Positions 60,343 to 64,000 of a stretch of 64,000 nt of DNA are shown here, piece by piece. A program made the translations under genes and the position numbers. Where the stretch lies: NCBI GenBank assembly GCA_026134025.1, contig JAOQII010000005.1:594-64593 (forward strand), written 5' to 3'. Numbering within the stretch: position 1 is the stretch's first letter; each line of letters opens with the position of its first letter. Below the pieces are notes generated by a model. The model worked only from the letters and a program-made list of their open reading frames with translations, was not told the DNA's origin and ran no database searches. The DNA is from Candidatus Syntropharchaeum sp. GTDB lineage: Archaea > Halobacteriota > Syntropharchaeia > Syntropharchaeales > Syntropharchaeaceae.

Positions 60343-61520
60343 AGTATCTGATCCTTCTCGGTGACGGGATGGCAGATTATCCCCTGGATGAGCTCAATGG
60401 AAAGACGATCCTGCAGGCTGCAAATACTCCAAACATGGATCATCTCGCAAAGATGGGTTTATCAGGTATTTTCAAATCGATACCAGATGGCATGCCTGCA
60501 GGGAGTGATATTGCAAACCTTTCAATACTTGGCTATGACCCTGCGCTATACTATACAGGAAGAGGTCCACTTGAGGCTGCAAACATGGGGATTGATCTGA
60601 AAGATGGGGATGTTGCCTTCAGGTGTAACCTCATAACCGAGAAGGATGGCAAGCTCGTGGACTATAGTGGCGGGCACATCACAAACGTCGATTCAGAGGT
60701 CTTGATCTCGGTCTTAAAGGAAAAATTGTCCTGTGATCTTTACGCCGGGGTTGGATACAGGCATATTCTCGTCTTGAATGGCGATTTTGAGGGGACGGGT
60801 TGTAATCCACCACACGATATTATTAACGCCCTGATAGAGGATGAACTCACGCTTAATCCTGTTGTAAGAGATCTGATCCTGCGCTCAAAGAAGATTCTTG
60901 AGGATCATCCGATAAATAAAAAGCGTTCGAAAGCGGGGAAAAATCCTGCCAATATGATCTGGCTCTGGGGCGAGGGGAGAAAGCCCAGGATGCCTTCTTT
61001 CTTCGATAAATTTGGATTGAGGGGGTCTGTGATCTCTGCTGTTGATATAATAAAGGGTATTGGAAGGTGCATCGGGTTTGGTGTGATAGAGGTTCCTGGG
61101 GCGACCGGGTATCTTGATACAAACTATCGTGGAAAAGCTGAGTATGCACTAAAAGCACTCAAAAGCGAGGATTGTGATCTCGTGTTTCTCCATGTCGAAG
61201 CCCCTGATGAGGCAGGACATAGCGGAAGTCTCAAGGATAAGATGAATGCTGTCGAGGCATTTGACCGTGAGGTTGTTGGAACAATCCTCGATAACGCGCA
61301 GGGCATCGATCAACTTCGCATCCTTCTTATGCCCGATCACGCCACCCCGATCGCACTGGGCACTCACACACGAGATCCAGTTCCATTCTGCATCTACTCA
61401 CAGGGATACAAGAATGAAAAAGCCGATGATATTACTTCTTTCGATGAATACTCTGCTAAAAATGGGTTTTTTGGATTGGTCGAAGGAGACCGATTGATAA
61501 GGAGTTTTATTCAATTTTAG
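60339..61520 (+). CDS. apgM: 2,3-bisphosphoglycerate-independent phosphoglycerate mutase, archaeal type
   Basis: [12 protein letters not shown]...GSDIANLS...[10 protein letters not shown] motifs of the ApgM family. Confidence 0.85.
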   Translation: MKYLILLGDGMADYPLDELNGKTILQAANTPNMDHLAKMGLSGIFKSIPDGMPAGSDIANLSILGYDPALYYTGRGPLEAANMGIDLKDGDVAFRCNLITEKDGKLVDYSGGHITNVDSEVLISVLKEKLSCDLYAGVGYRHILVLNGDFEGTGCNPPHDIINALIEDELTLNPVVRDLILRSKKILEDHPINKKRSKAGKNPANMIWLWGEGRKPRMPSFFDKFGLRGSVISAVDIIKGIGRCIGFGVIEVPGATGYLDTNYRGKAEYALKALKSEDCDLVFLHVEAPDEAGHSGSLKDKMNAVEAFDREVVGTILDNAQGIDQLRILLMPDHATPIALGTHTRDPVPFCIYSQGYKNEKADDITSFDEYSAKNGFFGLVEGDRLIRSFIQF

Positions 61521-61757
61521 GTTTTGATTCCCGATATTAAGCGGTAAAAAAATTCTAATGAGCGAAAACTATATATATAATCAGTCTTCAAATAGAAGGT
61601 AGAAATAGCCTCTGTTGGGGTTATGCATCTGATAAGGCAATGAATTTCGATGATAGGGTGATGATTTAATCTGAGGGGCAGAACAAAAACTCATCTGATC
61701 ATCGTTTACTATAAGTTCATTGCTGGATTTGTAAAACTTAAAAGGAGGTGAATGAAG

Positions 61758-61964
61758 ATGGCAATTCTTCCAATTGCACCTGTAGACAGGCTCGTGAGGG
61801 AGGCTGGCGCAGAGAGAGTAAGCGAAGGTGCCCGTGAAGCACTTGCAAAGATCCTTGAAGACGAAGGAATGAAAATCGCCAAGGAAGCAATCAAGCTTGC
61901 AGAGCATGCAGGTCGAAAAACCGTAAAGGTTGAAGATATCGAGCTGGCAGCAGCAAGGGTATAA
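61758..61964 (+). CDS. archaeal histone
   Basis: MAILPIAPVDRLVREAGAERVSEGAREALAKILEDEGMKIAKEAIKLAEHAGRKTVKVEDIELAAARV is a histone fold of the HMf family. AAGGAGGTGA Shine-Dalgarno sequence upstream. Confidence 0.8.
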   Translation: MAILPIAPVDRLVREAGAERVSEGAREALAKILEDEGMKIAKEAIKLAEHAGRKTVKVEDIELAAARV

Positions 61965-61967
61965 TCC

Positions 61968-62007
61968 CATCTGCTGGTTTTTTTATTTTTTCTTTTTGTT
62001 CGATTTT
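61968..62007. terminator. T-rich archaeal terminator shared by the convergent histone and GT2 genes
   Basis: GGTTTTTTTATTTTTTCTTTTTGTTCGATTTTTC directly follows the histone stop. Confidence 0.35.
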
Positions 62008-62718
62008 TCATCTCAGCTTTCGCCGCATCTTTAGAATCTTTGATCCCATACTGAAGATATCACTTGAGAGATCGACCTTTGTCATCTCACCGTCTATCCA
62101 TCTGACAGGAAACTCATGAATTCGATAGTTCTTTCGCTGAGCAAGAACTAAAAGCTCGGTATCCCAGAACCAGTGCTCATCCTCAAGTTCATCGATGATC
62201 GCAAAGAGTGCATCTCGCCTGAACGCCTTGAACCCACACTGGTGATCGCGTATCTTTGATCCAAGTAAACTCCTGACGAGAAAGTTATACCCCTTGCTCA
62301 ACATGGTTCGCTTGAATCGCCGCTCAACATCGCTTCCTGGCATGAGCCGTGAGCCTGTTGCAAAATCAAACCCATTACGAATCGCGCCTATGAGTTCTTC
62401 CAGATGTCGGAGGTCTGTTGCAAGATCGACATCCATAAATGCAAGGATCTCACCCTCTGACTCTTTGAAAGCCCTCGCCAGTCCACCAGCCCTTCCAAGA
62501 CGGGTATCGCTATGGAGGTGTCTAACAGAGGCGTGTTCATCTGCGAGCCTGGCTGCAATATCAGAAGTTCCGTCGGTGCTGCCATCCTCTGCGATTATGA
62601 TCTCAAATGATTCTGTGATCTTCTCAAGAGCTTCTATCGTATTTTTCACGCATCGTTCAATACGCGTGGCTTCGTTGTATGCTGGTAGTACCAGTGAGAT
62701 CTCTCTAATTAAGACCAC
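62008..62718 (-). CDS. family 2 glycosyltransferase (dolichyl-phosphate sugar transferase-like)
   Basis: VLPAYNE...EIIIAEDGSTDGT...DVD GT-A/DxD motifs. Confidence 0.8.
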   Translation of the reverse strand: MVLIREISLVLPAYNEATRIERCVKNTIEALEKITESFEIIIAEDGSTDGTSDIAARLADEHASVRHLHSDTRLGRAGGLARAFKESEGEILAFMDVDLATDLRHLEELIGAIRNGFDFATGSRLMPGSDVERRFKRTMLSKGYNFLVRSLLGSKIRDHQCGFKAFRRDALFAIIDELEDEHWFWDTELLVLAQRKNYRIHEFPVRWIDGEMTKVDLSSDIFSMGSKILKMRRKLR

Positions 62719-62821
62719 CTACAATCCAGAAGGCGTTGAAGCATAAAAGCGCTTTGGAGTTACCCACCTATTATTTAAATCTATGGAAATAGATAGGATA
62801 TGGTAGGAGTTGGTTGATCGA

Positions 62822-64000
62822 TGGATAAGCTACCTGCACATAATCCTGATTCAAATATGGGCGATTACAATGCTGCTTGCAGAGACTTCAGGTGGGAGGA
62901 GGTTTTAAAGAACTTTGAGTTCTCAAGTACAGGAAGAGTGAATGCAGCCCATGAGGCTGTGGATCGGCATGTAAAGACGATGGGAGATAGGATTGCACTT
63001 CGTTTTCTTGATGATGAGGAAGAAGAGACCTATACCTTCCAGGAGCTTTCGCTTGCATCAAACAGGTTTGCAAACCTCCTTCTGGAGCTTGGTGTAAATA
63101 AAAAGGACCGTGTCTTTATCTTTATGCCACGGAGCCTTGAGCTTTACATCGCATTCTTCGGGATACTTAAAGTGGGTGCGATCCCTGTGCCACTATTTGA
63201 GGCGTTCATGCGAGAAGGGCTTCTGGATCGGATGGGAGACTGTGACCCTGTCGCAGTTGTAACCCACGAGAGCCTGAAGGAGAGGATCCCAAGAGATGAG
63301 GTTGAAACCCTCGAAAGTGTGATCGTGGTGGGCGGTACAGAAGAAAACGAGATAGGTTTCGATGAAATAAAAACGAAAGATAGTAGCTTTGAGCCTGTCT
63401 GGCTTGACCTTGACGATCCGCTCCTGATCCACTACACATCTGGATCAACAGGTAAACCCAAAGGCGTTCTTCATGCACAAAGAGCAATAATTGGACATTA
63501 CCAGACCGGAAAATGGATTCTGGATCTGAATAAAGATGACAACTACTGGTGCACCGCAGATCCTGGCTGGGTCACCGGGACATCATACGGAATCTTTGCA
63601 CCACTCTTAAACGGTGTTGGGACAATTATAAGACAGGGGAGGTTCACAGCAGAGCGATGGTATGAAACGATCGAGCGGGCTAAGGTTACGGTCTGGTACA
63701 CTGCACCCACAGCATTGAGGCTTCTCATGGGCGAGAAAGAGGATACAGCCTCTAAATTTGATCTATCAAGTTTGAGGTATATCCTGAGTGTGGGTGAGCC
63801 TTTAAACCCTGAGGTGATCCGCTGGGCGCTCAAGGTATACAAGCAACCGATTCATGATACGTGGTGGATGACAGAGACAGGTATGATCATGATCTCAAAC
63901 TATCCCTCGATGCCGATTAAGCCTGGATCGATGGGTAAGCCTTTTCCCGGCGTGGAGGCTGCGATCATCGATGATAATGGAAAGGAACTTGGCGTGAATG
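62822..64000 (+). CDS. AMP-forming acyl-CoA synthetase (acetyl-CoA synthetase-like), 5' part; runs off the window end
   Basis: Frame is open from the ATG at 62822 to 64000 without a stop. YTSGSTGKPKGV AMP-binding motif I and WWMTETG motif. Confidence 0.75.

Noticed and set aside
61581-62011. Minus-strand ORFs 61581..61970 and 61709..62011
   Set aside because: Antisense to the well-conserved histone gene and the terminator T-tract. Low-complexity translation.

Overview
This 64-kb window reads as archaeal chromosome from a Methanosarcinales-like methanogen or alkane-oxidiser. The evidence is an archaeal-type five-subunit acetyl-CoA decarbonylase/synthase operon with an epsilon subunit, a group II chaperonin (thermosome), an archaeal histone, Rpo4/Rpo7/Spt4, class I LysRS, Pus10, archaeal signal peptidase, RNase P RNA and a class II tRNA-Leu. 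Coding density is high and most genes are housekeeping: ilvBN, dapABL, pdxS, purE, pheT, lysK, thiI, rlmE, DNA ligase, H+-PPase, ribosomal proteins. The outstanding feature is a compact methyl-coenzyme M reductase-like operon at 26.7-30.4 kb. Its gene order is B-A-G, with no mcrC or mcrD in the window. The McrA is strongly divergent: the canonical FYGYDLQDQCG modified-residue segment is absent, while the axial Gln ligand is retained. A NifB-family radical SAM gene sits directly upstream, preceded by the flavoprotein AfpA. This looks like a non-canonical alkyl-CoM reductase-like system. In the same window lie the ACDS operon, a four-subunit 2-oxoacid:ferredoxin oxidoreductase with unusual B-A-G-D order fused to a DUF362 Fe-S gene, and an AMP-forming acyl-CoA synthetase. 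Other notable points follow. CdhD carries an extra C-terminal CFeSP-type 4Fe-4S domain, and a 52-codon tandem copy of its own N-terminus lies upstream. A bacterial-type RuvA is present. An RNase P RNA is unannotated among antisense ORFs. An rve-type IS is inserted 3' of tRNA-Leu, with a second truncated transposase copy at the cdh promoter. A MNT nucleotidyltransferase sits beside a decayed HEPN-like partner. There are a PAS3-STAS protein and a membrane-anchored wHTH regulator. No CRISPR array is present.
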